Source of the DNA: Eledone cirrhosa
Lineage: Eukaryota
Length of the DNA: 64,000 nucleotides
Assembly (NCBI GenBank): GCA_964016885.1
Contig: OZ024753.1
Coordinates: 24,986,001-25,050,000 of the forward strand
Reading direction: 5' to 3'
Part shown: positions 30,301 through 46,680 of the stretch, in pieces
Numbering within the stretch: the first letter of the stretch is position 1
How the letters are laid out: each line of letters starts with the position of its first letter
Position numbers and translations under genes: made by a program
Notes under the pieces: model-generated
The model's input: the letters and a program-made list of their open reading frames with translations, nothing else
Databases searched by the model: none
What the model was told of the DNA's origin: nothing

Positions 30301-33300
30301 GAAACAGGATAGTAATAACTCCAGCCAAGATATAGAAACAGGATAGTAATAACTCCAACCAAGACATAGAAACATGATAGTAATAACTCCAACCAAGATA
30401 AAGAAACAGGATAGTAATAACTCCAACCAAGACATAGAAACATGATAGTAATAACTCCAACCAAGATATAGAAACAGGATAGTAATAACTCCAACCAAGA
30501 CATAGAAACATGATAGTAATAACTCAAACCAAGATATAGAAACAGGATAGTAATAACTCCAACCAAGACATAGAAAAAGGATAGTAATAACTCCAGCCAA
30601 GATATAGAAACAGGATAGTAATAACTCCAACCAAGACATAGAAACAGGATAGTAATAACTACAACCAAGATATAGAAACAGGATAGTAATAACTCCAACC
30701 AAGACATAGAAAAAGGATAGTAATAACTCCAGCCAAGATATAGAAACAGGATAGTAATAACTCCAACCAAGACATAGAAACAGGATAGTAATAACTCCAA
30801 CCAAGACATAGAAACAGGATAGTAATAACTCCAGACAAGACTGAGAAACATGATAGTAATAACTCCAACCAAGACATAGAAACAGGATAGTAATAACTCC
30901 AGACAAGACTGAGAAACATGATAATAATAACTCCAACCAAGACATAGAAACATGATAGTAATAACCCCAATCATGACATAAAAACATGATAATAATAACT
31001 TCAGTCAAGATATAGAAACATGATAGTAATAACTCCAGTCAAGATATAGAAACATGATAGTAATAACTCCAGCCAAGACATAGAAACATGATAGTAATAA
31101 CTCCAGCCAACACATAGAAACATGATAGTAATAACTCCCGCCAAGATATAGAAACATGATAGTAATAACTCCAGTCAAGACATAGAAACATGATAGTAAT
31201 AACCCCAATCAAGTTATAGAAACATGATAGTAATAACTCCAACCAAGACATAGAAACATGATAGTAATAACTCCAACCAAGACATAGAAACAGGATAGTA
31301 ATAACTCCAACCAAGATATAGAAATAGGATAGTAATAAGTCCAACCAAAATATTGAAACATGATAGTAATAACTCCAGCCAAGACATAGAAACATGATAG
31401 TAATAACTCCAGCCAAGACATAGAAACATGATAGTAATAACTCCCGCCAAGATATAGAAACATGATAGTAATAACTCCAGTCAAGATATAGAAACATGAT
31501 AGTAATAACCCCAATCAAGTTATAGAAACATGATAGTAATAACTCCAACCAAGACATAGAAACATGATAGTAATAACTCCAACCAAAATATAGAAACAGG
31601 ATAGTAATAACTCTAACCAAGATATAGAAACATGATAGTAATAACTCCAACCAAAATATAGAAACATGATAGTAGTAACTCCAACCAAGACATAGAAACA
31701 TGAAAGTAATAACTTCAACCAAGATATAGAAATAGAATAGTAATAACTCCAACCAAAATATTGAAACATGATAGTAATAACTCCAACCAAGATATAGAAG
31801 CAGGATAGTAATAATTCCAACCAAGACATAGAAACAGGATAGTAATAACTCCAAACTAAATATGGAAACATGATAGTAATAACTCCAATCAAGACATAGA
31901 AACAGGATAGTAATAACTCCTACAAAAACATAGAAACAGGATAGTAATAACTCCAACCAAGACATAGAAACAGGATAGTAATAACTCCAGCCAAGATATA
32001 GAAACAGTATAGTAATAACTCCAACCAAGACATAGAAACAGGATAGTAATAACTCCAACCAAGACATAGAAACAGGATAGTAATAACTCCAGCCAAGATA
32101 TAGAAACAGGATAGTAATAACTCCAACCAAGACATAGAAACAGGATAGTAATAACTCGAGCCAAGATATAGAAACAGGATAGTAATAACTCCAACCAAGA
32201 CATAGAAACATGATAGTAATAACTCCAACCAAGATATAGAAACAGGATAGTAATAACTCAAACCAAGATATAGAAACAAGATAGTAATAACTCCAGTCAA
32301 GATATAGAAACATGATAGTAATAACTCCAGCCAAGACATAGAAACATGATAGTAATAACTCCAGCCAAGACATAGAAACATGATAGTAATAACTCCCGCC
32401 AAGATATAGAAACATGATAGTAATAACTCCAGTCAAGACATAGAAACATGATAGTAATAACTCCAACCAAGACATAGAAACATGATAGTAATAACTCCAA
32501 CCAAAATATAGAAACATGATAGTAACAACTCCAACCAAGATATAGAAACATGATAGTAATAACTCCAACCAAAATATAGAAACATGATAGTAATAACTCC
32601 AACCAAGACATAGAAACATGATGGTAATAACTCCAACCAAGACATAGAAACAGGATAGTAATAACTCCAACCAAGACATAGAAACAGGATAGTAATAACT
32701 CCAAACTAAATATGGAAACATGATAGTAATAACTCCAATCAAGACATAGAAACAGGATAGTAATAACTCCTACCAAGACATAGAAACAGGATAGTAATAA
32801 CTCCAACCAAGACATAGAAACAGGATAGTAATAACTCCAGCCAAGATATAGAAACAGTATAGTAATAACTCCAACCAAGACATAGAAACAGGATAGTAAT
32901 AACTCCAACCAAGACATAGAAACAGGATAGTAATAACTCCAGCCAAGATATAGAAACAGGATAGTAATAACTCCAACCAAGACATAGAAACAGGATAGTA
33001 ATAACTCCAGCCAAGATATAGAAACAGTATAGTAATAACTCCAACCAAGACATAGAAACAGGATAGTAATAACTCCAACCAAGACATAGAAACAGGATAG
33101 TAATAACTCCAGCCAAGATATAGAAACAGGATAGTAATAACCCCAATCATGACATAAAAACATGATAATAATAACTTCAGTCAAGATATAGAAACATGAT
33201 AGTAATAACTCCAGTCAAGATATAGAAACATGATAGTAATAACTCCAGCCAAGACATAGAAACATGATAGTAATAACTCCAGCCAACACATAGAAACATG

Positions 33301-36300
33301 ATAGTAATAACTCCAGCCAAGATATAGAAACAGGATAGTAATAACTCCAGTCAAGACATAGAAACATGATAGTAATAACTCCAGGCAAGACATAGAAACA
33401 TGATAGTAATAACTCCAACCAAGTCATAGAAACATGATAGTAATAACTCCAGTGAAGACATAGAAACAGGATAGTAATAACTCCAGTCAAGACATAGAAA
33501 CATTATAGTAATAACACCAACCAAGACATAGGAACAGGATAGTAATAACTCCAGTCAAAACATAGAAACAGGATAGTAATAACTCCAACCAAGATATAGA
33601 AACAGGATAGTAATAACTCCAGTCAAGACATAGAAACATGATAATAATAACTCCAACCAAGACATAGAAACATGATAGTAATAAACCCAATCATGACATA
33701 AAAACATGATAATAATAACTTCAGTCAAGATATAGAAACATGATAGTAATAACTCCAGTCAAGATATAGAAACATGATAGTAATAACTCCAGCCAAGACA
33801 TAGAAACATGATAGTAATAACTCCAGCCAACACATAGAAACATGATAGTAATAACTCCAGCCAAGATATAGAAACAGGATAGTAATAACTCCAGTCAAGA
33901 CATAGAAACATGATAGTAATAACTCCAGTCAAGACATAGAAACATGATAGTAATAACTCCAGCCAAGACATAGAAACATGATAGTAATAACTCCAGCCAA
34001 CACATAGAAACATGATAGTAATAACTCCAGCCAAGATATAGAAACAGGATAGTAATAACTCCAGTCAAGACATAGAAGCATGATAGTAATAACTCCAGTC
34101 AAGACATAGAAACATGATAGTAATAACTCCAGTCAAGACATAGAAACATGATAGTAATAACCCCAATCAAGTCATAGAAACATGATAGTAATAACTCCAA
34201 CCAAGACATAGAAACATGATAGTAATAACTCCAACCAAAATATAGAAACAGGATAGTAATAACTCTAACCAAGATATAGAAACATGACAGTAATAACTCC
34301 AACCAAAATATAGAAACATGATAGTAGTAACTCCAACCAAGACATAGAAACATGATAGTAATAACTCCAACCAAGACATAGAAACATGATAGTAATAACC
34401 CCAATCCTGACATAAAAACATGATAATAATAACTTCAGTCAAGATATAGAAACATGATAGTAATAACTCCAGTCAAGATATAGAAACATGATAGTAATAA
34501 CTCCAGCCAAGACATAGAAACATGATAGTAATAACTCCAGCCAACACATAGAAACATGATAGTAATAACTCCCGCCAAGATATAGAAACATGATAGTAAT
34601 AACTCCAGTCAAGACATAGAAACATGATAGTAATAACCCCAATCAAGTTATAGAAACATGATAGTAATAACTCCAACCAAGACATAGAAACATGATAGTA
34701 ATAACTCCAACCAAGACATAGAAACAGGATAGTAATAACTCCAACCAAGATATAGAAATAGGATAGTAATAAGTCCAACCAAAATATTGAAACATGATAG
34801 TAATAACTCCAGCCAAGACATAGAAACATGATAGTAATAACTCCAGCCAAGACATAGAAACATGATAGTAATAACTCCCGCCAAGATATAGAAACATGAT
34901 AGTAATAACTCCAGTCAAGATATAGAAACATGATAGTAATAACCCCAATCAAGTTATAGAAACATGATAGTAATAACTCCAACCAAGACATAGAAACATG
35001 ATAGTAATAACTCCAACCAAAATATAGAAACAGGATAGTAATAACTCTAACCAAGATATAGAAACATGATAGTAATAACTCCAACCAAAATATAGAAACA
35101 TGATAGTAGTAACTCCAACCAAGACATAGAAACATGAAAGTAATAACTTCAACCAAGATATAGAAATAGAATAGTAATAACTCCAACCAAAATATTGAAA
35201 CATGATAGTAATAACTCCAACCAAGATATAGAAGCAGGATAGTAATAATTCCAACCAAGACATAGAAACAGGATAGTAATAACTCCAAACTAAATATGGA
35301 AACATGATAGTAATAACTCCAATCAAGACATAGAAACAGGATAGTAATAACTCCTACAAAAACATAGAAACAGGATAGTAATAACTCCAACCAAGACATA
35401 GAAACAGGATAGTAATAACTCCAGCCAAGATATAGAAACAGTATAGTAATAACTCCAACCAAGACATAGAAACAGGATAGTAATAACTCCAACCAAGACA
35501 TAGAAACAGGATAGTAATAACTCCAGCCAAGATATAGAAACAGGATAGTAATAACTCCAACCAAGACATAGAAACAGGATAGTAATAACTCGAGCCAAGA
35601 TATAGAAACAGGATAGTAATAACTCCAACCAAGACATAGAAACATGATAGTAATAACTCCAACCAAGATATAGAAACAGGATAGTAATAACTCAAACCAA
35701 GATATAGAAACAAGATAGTAATAACTCCAGTCAAGATATAGAAACATGATAGTAATAACTCCAGCCAAGACATAGAAACATGATAGTAATAACTCCAGCC
35801 AAGACATAGAAACATGATAGTAATAACTCCCGCCAAGATATAGAAACATGATAGTAATAACTCCAGTCAAGACATAGAAACATGATAGTAATAACTCCAA
35901 CCAAGACATAGAAACATGATAGTAATAACTCCAACCAAAATATAGAAACATGATAGTAACAACTCCAACCAAGATATAGAAACATGATAGTAATAACTCC
36001 AACCAAAATATAGAAACATGATAGTAATAACTCCAACCAAGACATAGAAACATGATGGTAATAACTCCAACCAAGACATAGAAACAGGATAGTAATAACT
36101 CCAACCAAGACATAGAAACAGGATAGTAATAACTCCAAACTAAATATGGAAACATGATAGTAATAACTCCAATCAAGACATAGAAACAGGATAGTAATAA
36201 CTCCTACCAAGACATAGAAACAGGATAGTAATAACTCCAACCAAGACATAGAAACAGGATAGTAATAACTCCAGCCAAGATATAGAAACAGTATAGTAAT

Positions 36301-39300
36301 AACTCCAACCAAGACATAGAAACAGGATAGTAATAACTCCAACCAAGACATAGAAACAGGATAGTAATAACTCCAGCCAAGATATAGAAACAGGATAGTA
36401 ATAACTCCAACCAAGACATAGAAACAGGATAGTAATAACTCCAGCCAAGATATAGAAACAGTATAGTAATAACTCCAACCAAGACATAGAAACAGGATAG
36501 TAATAACTCCAACCAAGACATAGAAACAGGATAGTAATAACCCCAATCATGACATAAAAACATGATAATAATAACTTCAGTCAAGATATAGAAACATGAT
36601 AGTAATAACTCCAGTCAAGATATAGAAACATGATAGTAATAACTCCAGCCAAGACATAGAAACATGATAGTAATAACTCCAGCCAACACATAGAAACATG
36701 ATAGTAATAACTCCAGCCAAGATATAGAAACAGGATAGTAATAACTCCAGTCAAGACATAGAAACATGATAGTAATAACTCCAGTCAAGACATAGAAACA
36801 TGATAGTAATAACTCCAACCAAGTCATAGAAACATGATAGTAATAACTCCAGTGAAGACATAGAAACAGGATAGTAATAACTCCAGTCAAGACATAGAAA
36901 CATTATAGTAATAACACCAACCAAGACATAGGAACAGGATAGTAATAACTCCAGTCAAAACATAGAAACAGGATAGTAATAACTCCAACCAAGATATAGA
37001 AACAGGATAGTAATAACTCCAGTCAAGACATAGAAACATGATAATAATAACTCCAACCAAGACATAGAAACATGATAGTAATAAACCCAATCATGACATA
37101 AAAACATGATAATAATAACTTCAGTCAAGATATAGAAACATGATAGTAATAACTCCAGTCAAGATATAGAAACATGATAGTAATAACTCCAGCCAAGACA
37201 TAGAAACATGATAGTAATAACTCCAGCCAACACATAGAAACATGATAGTAATAACTCCAGCCAAGATATAGAAACAGGATAGTAATAACTCCAGTCAAGA
37301 CATAGAAACATGATAGTAATAACTCCAGTCAAGACATAGAAACATGATAGTAATAACTCCAGCCAAGACATAGAAACATGATAGTAATAACTCCAGCCAA
37401 CACATAGAAACATGATAGTAATAACTCCAGCCAAGATATAGAAACAGGATAGTAATAACTCCAGTCAAGACATAGAAACATGATAGTAATAACTCCAGTC
37501 AAGACATAGAAACATGATAGTAATAACTCCAGTCAAGACATAGAAACATGATAGTAATAACCCCAATCAAGTCATAGAAACATGATAGTAATAACTCCAA
37601 CCAAGACATAGAAACATGGTAGTAATAACTCCAACCAAAATATAGAAACAGGATAGTAATAACTCTAACCAAGATATAGAAACATGACAGTAATAACTCC
37701 AACCAAAATATAGAAACATGATAGTAGTAACTCCAACCAAGACATAGAAACATGATAGTAATAACTCCAACCAAGACATAGAAACAGGATAGTAATAACT
37801 CCAACCAAGACATAGAAACAGGATAGTAATAACTCCAGCCAAGATATAGAAACAGGATAGTAATAACTCCGACCAAGACATAGAAACAGGATAGTAATAA
37901 CTCCAGCCAAGATATAGAAACAGTATAGTAATAACTCCAACCAAGACATAGAAACAGGATAGTAATAACTCCAACCAAGACATAGAAACAGGATAGTAAT
38001 AACTCCAGCCAAGATATAGAAACAGGATAGTAATAACTCCAACCAAGACATAGAAACATGATAGTAATAACTCCAACCAAGATATAGAAACAGGATAGTA
38101 ATAACTCAAACCAAGATATAGAAACAGGATAGTAATAACTCCAACCAAGACATAGAAACATGATAGTAATAACTCCAGCCAAGATATAGAAAAATGATAG
38201 TAATAACTCCAGCCAAGACATAGAAACATGATAGTAATAACTCCAGCCAACACATAGAAACATGATAGTAATAACTCCAGCCAAGATATAGAAACAGGAT
38301 AGTAATAACTCCAGTCAAGACATAGAAACATGATAGTAATAACTCCAGTCAAGACATAGAAACATGATAGTAATAACTCCAACCAAGTCATAGAAACATG
38401 ATAGTAATAACTCCAGTCAAGACATAGAAACAGGATTGTAATAACTCCAGTCAAGACATAGAAACATTATAGTAATAACACCAACCAAGACATAGGAACA
38501 GGATAGTAATAACTCCAGTCAAAACATAGAAACAGGATAGTAATAACTCCAACCAAGATATAGAAACAGGATAGTAATAACTCCAGTCAAGACATAGAAA
38601 CATGATAATAATAACTCCCACCAAGACATAGAAACATGATAGTAATAAACCCAATCATGACATAAAAACATGATAATAATAACTTCAGTCAAGATATAGA
38701 AACATGATAGTAATAACTCCAGTCAAGATATAGAAACATGATAGTAATAACTCCAGCCAAGACATAGAAACATGATAGTAATAACTCCAGCCAACACATA
38801 GAAACATGATAGTAATAACTCCAGCCAAGATATAGAAACAGGATAGTAATAACTCCAGTCAAGACATAGAAACATGATAGTAATAACTCCAGTCAAGACA
38901 TAGAAATATGATAGTAATAACTCCAGCCAAGACATAGAAACATGATAGTAATAACTCCAGCCAACACATAGAAACATGATAGTAATAACTCCAGCCAAGA
39001 TATAGAAACAGGATAGTAATAACTCCAGTCAAGACATAGAAACATGATAGTAATAACTCCAGTCAAGACATAGAAACATGATAGTAATAACTCCAATCAA
39101 GACATAGAAACAGGATAGTAATAACTCCTACCAAGACATAGAAACAGAATAGTAATAACTCCAACCAAGACATAGAAACAGGATAGTAATAACTCCAGCC
39201 AAGATATAGAAACAGTATAGTAATAACTCCAACCAAGACATAGAAACAGGATAGTAATAACTCCAACCAAGACATAGAAACAGGATAGTAATAACTCCAG

Positions 39301-42300
39301 CCAAGATATAGAAACAGGATAGTAATAACTCCAACCAAGACATAGAAACAGGATAGTAATAACTCCAGCCAAGATATAGAAACAGTATAGTAATAACTCC
39401 AACCAAGACATAGAAACAGGATAGTAATAACTCCAACCAAGACATAGAAACAGGATAGTAATAACTCCAGCCAAGATATAGAAACAGGATAGTAATAACC
39501 CCAATCATGACATAAAAACATGATAATAATAACTTCAGTCAAGATATAGAAACATGATAGTAATAACTCCAGCCAAGATATAGAAACAGGATAGTAATAA
39601 CTCCAGTCAAGACATAGAAACAGGATAGTAATAACTCCAACCAAGTCATAGAAACATGATAGTAATAACTCCAGTCAAGACATAGAAACAGGATAGTAAT
39701 AACTCCAGTCAAGACATAGAAACATTATAGTAATAACACCAACCAAGACATAGGAACAGGATAGTAATAACTCCAGTTAAAACATAGAAACAGGATAGTA
39801 ATAACTCCAACCAAGACAGAGAAACAGGATAGTAATAACTCCAACCAAGATATAGAAACAGGATAGTAATAACTCCAGTCAAGACATAGTAAAAGGATAG
39901 TAATAACTCCAACCAAGATATAGAAACAGGATAGTACTAACTCCAGCAAAGACATAGAAACAGGATAGTAATAACTCCAGTCAAGACATAGAAACATGAT
40001 AGTAATAACTCCAGTCAAGACATACAAACAGGATAGTAATAACTCCAACCAAGACATACAAACAGGATAGTAATAACTCCAGCAAAGACATAGAAACAGC
40101 ATAGTAATAACTCCAACCAAGACATAGAAACATGATAGTAATAACCCCAATCATGACATAGAAACATGATAATAATAACTTCAGTCAAGATATAGAAACA
40201 AGATAGTAATAAGTCAAGACATAGAAACATGATAGTAATAACTCCAGATAAGAGATAGAAACATGATAGTAATAACTCCCGCCAAGATATAGAAACATGA
40301 TAGTAATAACTCCAGTCAAGACATAGAAACATGATAGTAATAACTCCAGGCAAAACATAGATACATGATAGTAATAACTCCAGTCAAGATATAGAAACAT
40401 GATAGTAATAACCCCAATCAAGTTATAGAAACATGTTAGTAATAACTCCAACCAAGATATAGAAACATGATAGTAATAACTCCAACCAAAATATAGAAAC
40501 ATGATAGTAACAACTCCAACCAAGATATAGAAACATGATAGTAATAACTCCAACCAAAATATAGAAACATGATAGTAATAACTCAAACCAAGACATAGAA
40601 ACATGATAGTAATAACTCCAACCAAGACATAGAAACAGGATAGTAATAACTCCAACCAAAATATAGAAATAGGATAGTAATAACTCCAACCAAAATATTG
40701 AAACATGATAGTAATAACTCTAACCAAGATATAGAAACAGGATAGTAATAACTCCAACCAAGACATAGAAACAGGATAGTAATAACTCCAGACAAGACAT
40801 AGAAACAGGATAGTAATAACTCCAGACAAGACATAGAAACAGGATAGTAATAACTCCAGACAAGACATAGAAACATGATAGTAATAACTCCAACCAAGAT
40901 ATAGAAACATGATAATAATATCTCCAACCAAGACATAGAAACAGGATAGTAATAACTCCAGACAAGACATAGAAACAGGATAGTAATAACTCCAACCAAG
41001 ACATAGAAACAGGATAGTAATAACTCCAGACAAGACTGAGAAACATGATAATAATAACTCCAACCAAGACATAGAAACATGATAGTAATAACCCCAATCA
41101 TGACATAAAAACATGATAATAATAACTTCAGTCAAGATATAGAAACATGATAGTAATAACTCCAGTCAAGATATAGAAACATGATAGTAATAACTCCAGC
41201 CAAGACATAGAAACATGATAGTAATAACTCCAGCCAACACATAGAAACATGATAGTAATAACTCCAGCCAAGATATAGAAACAGGATAGTAATAACTCCA
41301 GTCAAGACATAGAAACATGATAGTAATAACTCCAGTCAAGACATAGAAACATGATAGTAATAACTCCAACCAAGTCATAGAAACATGATAGTAATAACTC
41401 CAGTCAAGACATAGAAACAGGATAGTAATAACTCCAGTCAAGACATAGAAACATTATAGTAATAACACCAACCAAGACATAGGGACAGGATAGTAATAAC
41501 TCCAGTCAAAACATAGAAACAGGATAGTAATAACTCCAACCAAGATATAGAAACAGGATAGTAATAACTCCAGTCAAGACATAGAAACATGATAATAATA
41601 ACTCCAACCAAGACATAGAAACATAATAGTAATAAACCCAATCATGACATAAAAACATGATAATAATAACTTCAGTCAAGATATAGAAACATGATAGTAA
41701 TAACTCCAGTCAAGATATAGAAACATGATAGTAATAACTCCAGCCAAGACATAGAAACATGATAGTAATAACTCCAGCCAACACATAGAAACATGATAGT
41801 AATAACTCCAGCCAAGATATAGCAACAGGATAGTAATAACTCCAGTCAAGACATAGAAACATGATAGTAATAACTCCAGTCAAGACATAGAAACATGATA
41901 GTAATAACTCCAGCCAAGACATAGAAACATGATAGTAATAACTCCAGCCAACACATAGAGACATGATAGTAATAACTCCAGCCAAGATATAGAAACAGGA
42001 TAGTAATAACTCCAGTCAAGACATAGAAACATGATAGTAATAACTCCAGTCAAGACATAGAAACATGATAGTAATAACTCCAGTCAAGATATAGAAACAT
42101 GATAGTAATAACCCCAATCAAGTTATAGAAACATGATAGTAATAACTCCAACCAAGACATAGAAACATGATAGTAATAACTCCAACCAAAATATAGAAAC
42201 AGGATAGTAATAACTCTAACCAAGATATAGAAACATGACAGTAATAACTCCAGCCAAGATATAGAAACAGGATAGTAATAACTCCAACCAAGACATAGAA

Positions 42301-45300
42301 ACAGGATAGTAATAACTCCAACCAAAATATGGAAACATGATAGTAATAACTCCAACCAAGACATAGAAACATGATAGTAATAACTCCAACCAAGACATAG
42401 AAACAGGATAGTAATAACTCCAACCAAGATATAGAAATAGGATAGTAATAACTCCAACCAAAATATTGAAACATGATAGTAATAACTCCAACCAAGATAT
42501 AGAAACAGGATAGTAATAACTCCAACCAAGACATAGAAACAGGATAGTAATAACTCCTACCAAGACATAGAAACATGATAGTAATAACTCCAACCAAGAC
42601 ATAGAAACAGGATAGTAATAACTCCAGCCAAGATATAGAAACAGGATAGTAATAACTCCAACCAAGACATAGAAACATGATAGTAATAACTCCAACCAAG
42701 ATAAAGAAACAGGATAGTAATAACTCCAACCAAGACATAGAAACATGATAGTAATAACTCCAACCAAGATATAGAAACAGGATAGTAATAACTCCAACCA
42801 AGACATAGAAACATGATAGTAATAACTCAAACCAAGATATAGAAACAGGATAGTAATAACTCCAACCAAGACATAGAAAAAGGATAGTAATAACTCCAGC
42901 CAAGATATAGAAACAGGATAGTAATAACTCCAACCAAGACATAGAAACAGGATAGTAATAACTACAACCAAGATATAGAAACAGGATAGTAATAACTCCA
43001 ACCAAGACATAGAAAAAGGATAGTACTAACTCCAGCCAAGATATAGAAACAGGATAGTAATAACTCCAACCAAGACATAGAAACAGGATAGTAATAACTC
43101 CAACCAAGACATAGAAACAGGATAGTAATAACTCCAGACAAGACTGAGAAACATGATAGTAATAACTCCAACCAAGACATAGAAACAGGATAGTAATAAC
43201 TCCAGACAAGACTGAGAAACATGATAATAATAACTCCAACCAAGACATAGAAACATGATAGTAATAACCCCAATCATGACATAAAAACATGATAATAATA
43301 ACTTCAGTCAAGATATAGAAACATGATAGTAATAACTCCAGTCAAGATATAGAAACATGATAGTAATAACTCCAGCCAAGACATAGAAACATGATAGTAA
43401 TAACTCCAGCCAACACATAGAAACATGATAGTAATAACTCCCGCCAAGATATAGAAACATGATAGTAATAACTCCAGTCAAGACATAGAAACATGATAGT
43501 AATAACCCCAATCAAGTTATAGAAACATGATAGTAATAACTCCAACCAAGACATAGAAACATGATAGTAATAACTCCAACCAAGACATAGAAACAGGATA
43601 GTAATAACTCCAACCAAGATATAGAAATAGGATAGTAATAAGTCCAACCAAAATATTGAAACATGATAGTAATAACTCCAGCCAAGACATAGAAACATGA
43701 TAGTAATAACTCCAGCCAAGACATAGAAACATGATAGTAATAACTCCCGCCAAGATATAGAAACATGATAGTAATAACTCCAGTCAAGATATAGAAACAT
43801 GATAGTAATAACCCCAATCAAGTTATAGAAACATGATAGTAATAACTCCAACCAAGACATAGAAACATGATAGTAATAACTCCAACCAAAATATAGAAAC
43901 AGGATAGTAATAACTCTAACCAAGATATAGAAACATGATAGTAATAACTCCAACCAAAATATAGAAACATGATAGTAGTAACTCCAACCAAGACATAGAA
44001 ACATGATAGTAATAACTTCAACCAAGATATAGAAATAGAATAGTAATAACTCCAACCAAAATATTGAAACATGATAGTAATAACTCCAACCAAGATATAG
44101 AAGCAGGATAGTAATAATTCCAACCAAGACATAGAAACAGGATAGTAATAACTCCAAACTAAATATGGAAACATGATAGTAATAACTCCAATCAAGACAT
44201 AGAAACAGGATAGTAATAACTCCTACAAAAACATAGAAACAGGATAGTAATAACTCCAACTAAGACATAGAAACAGGATAGTAATAACTCCAGCCAAGAT
44301 ATAGAAACAGTATAGTAATAACTCCAACCAAGACATAGAAACAGGATAGTAATAACTCCAACCAAGACATAGAAACAGGATAGTAATAACTCCAGCCAAG
44401 ATATAGAAACAGGATAGTAATAACTCCAACCAAGACATAGAAACAGGATAGTAATAACTCGAGCCAAGATATAGAAACAGGATAGTAATAACTCCAACCA
44501 AGACATAGAAACATGATAGTAATAACTCCAACCAAGATATAGAAACAGGATAGTAATAACTCAAACCAAGATATAGAAACAAGATAGTAATAACTCCAGT
44601 CAAGATATAGAAACATGATAGTAATAACTCCAGCCAAGACATAGAAACATGATAGTAATAACTCCAGCCAAGACATAGAAACATGATAGTAATAACTCCC
44701 GCCAAGATATAGAAACATGATAGTAATAACTCCAGTCAAGACATAGAAACATGATAGTAATAACTCCAACCAAGACATAGAAACATGATAGTAATAACTC
44801 CAACCAAAATATAGAAACATGATAGTAACAACTCCAACCAAGATATAGAAACATGATAGTAATAACTCCAACCAAAATATAGAAACATGATAGTAATAAC
44901 TCCAACCAAGACATAGAAACATGATGGTAATAACTCCAACCAAGACATAGAAACAGGATAGTAATAACTCCAACCAAGACATAGAAACAGGATAGTAATA
45001 ACTCCAAACTAAATATGGAAACATGATAGTAATAACTCCAATCAAGACATAGAAACAGGATAGTAATAACTCCTACCAAGACATAGAAACAGGATAGTAA
45101 TAACTCCAACCAAGACATAGAAACAGGATAGTAATAACTCCAGCCAAGATATAGAAACAGTATAGTAATAACTCCAACCAAGACATAGAAACAGGATAGT
45201 AATAACTCCAACCAAGACATAGAAACAGGATAGTAATAACTCCAGCCAAGATATAGAAACAGGATAGTAATAACTCCAACCAAGACATAGAAACAGGATA

Positions 45301-46680
45301 GTAATAACTCCAGCCAAGATATAGAAACAGTATAGTAATAACTCCAACCAAGACATAGAAACAGGATAGTAATAACTCCAACCAAGACATAGAAACAGGA
45401 TAGTAATAACTCCAGCCAAGATATAGAAACAGGATAGTAATAACCCCAATCATGACATAAAAACATGATAATAATAACTTCAGTCAAGATATAGAAACAT
45501 GATAGTAATAACTCCAGTCAAGATATAGAAACATGATAGTAATAACTCCAGCCAAGACATAGAAACATGATAGTAATAACTCCAGCCAACACATAGAAAC
45601 ATGATAGTAATAACTCCAGCCAAGATATAGAAACAGGATAGTAATAACTCCAGTCAAGACATAGAAACATGATAGTAATAACTCCAGTCAAGACATAGAA
45701 ACATGATAGTAATAACTCCAACCAAGTCATAGAAACATGATAGTAATAACTCCAGTGAAGACATAGAAACAGGATAGTAATAACTCCAGTCAAGACATAG
45801 AAACATTATAGTAATAACACCAACCAAGACATAGGAACAGGATAGTAATAACTCCAGTCAAAACATAGAAACAGGATAGTAATAACTCCAACCAAGATAT
45901 AGAAACAGGATAGTAATAACTCCAGTCAAGACATAGAAACATGATAATAATAACTCCAACCAAGACATAGAAACATGATAGTAATAAACCCAATCATGAC
46001 ATAAAAACATGATAATAATAACTTCAGTCAAGATATAGAAACATGATAGTAATAACTCCAGTCAAGATATAGAAACATGATAGTAATAACTCCAGCCAAG
46101 ACATAGAAACATGATAGTAATAACTCCAGCCAACACATAGAAACATGATAGTAATAACTCCAGCCAAGATATAGAAACAGGATAGTAATAACTCCAGTCA
46201 AGACATAGAAACATGATAGTAATAACTCCAGTCAAGACATAGAAACATGATAGTAATAACTCCAGCCAAGACATAGAAACATGATAGTAATAACTCCAGC
46301 CAACACATAGAAACATGATAGTAATAACTCCAGCCAAGATATAGAAACAGGATAGTAATAACTCCAGTCAAGACATAGAAACATGATAGTAATAACTCCA
46401 GTCAAGACATAGAAACATGATAGTAATAACTCCAGTCAAGACATAGAAACATGATAGTAATAACCCCAATCAAGTCATAGAAACATGATAGTAATAACTC
46501 CAACCAACACATAGAAACATGATAGTAATAACTCCAACCAAAATATAGAAACAGGATAGTAATAACTCTAACCAAGATATAGAAACATGACAGTAATAAC
46601 TCCAACCAAAATATAGAAACATGATAGTAGTAACTCCAACCAAGACATAGAAACATGATAGTAATAACTCCAACCAAGAC
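27400..46680. repeat. 12,303-bp-offset duplication (about 27.4-34.4 kb repeated at about 39.7-46.7 kb; 362 monomers minus 5 bp)
   Basis: A constant offset of 12303 holds for the deletion junctions 27909/40212, the XhoI sites 32155/44458 and ORF pairs 29747/42050, 31039/43342, 33215/45518 and 34099/46402. The variants tatagcaac and catagagac are shared by the two copies. Confidence 0.9.
30950..37750. repeat. Tandem duplication of about 3.4 kb (3,434 bp = 101 monomers, then 3,400 bp after a one-monomer loss)
   Basis: Identical 567-aa translations start at 31039 and 34473. The private variant catgaaag is in both copies. XhoI sites lie at 32155/35589, and ORF pair 33215/36615 is offset 3400. Confidence 0.88.
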
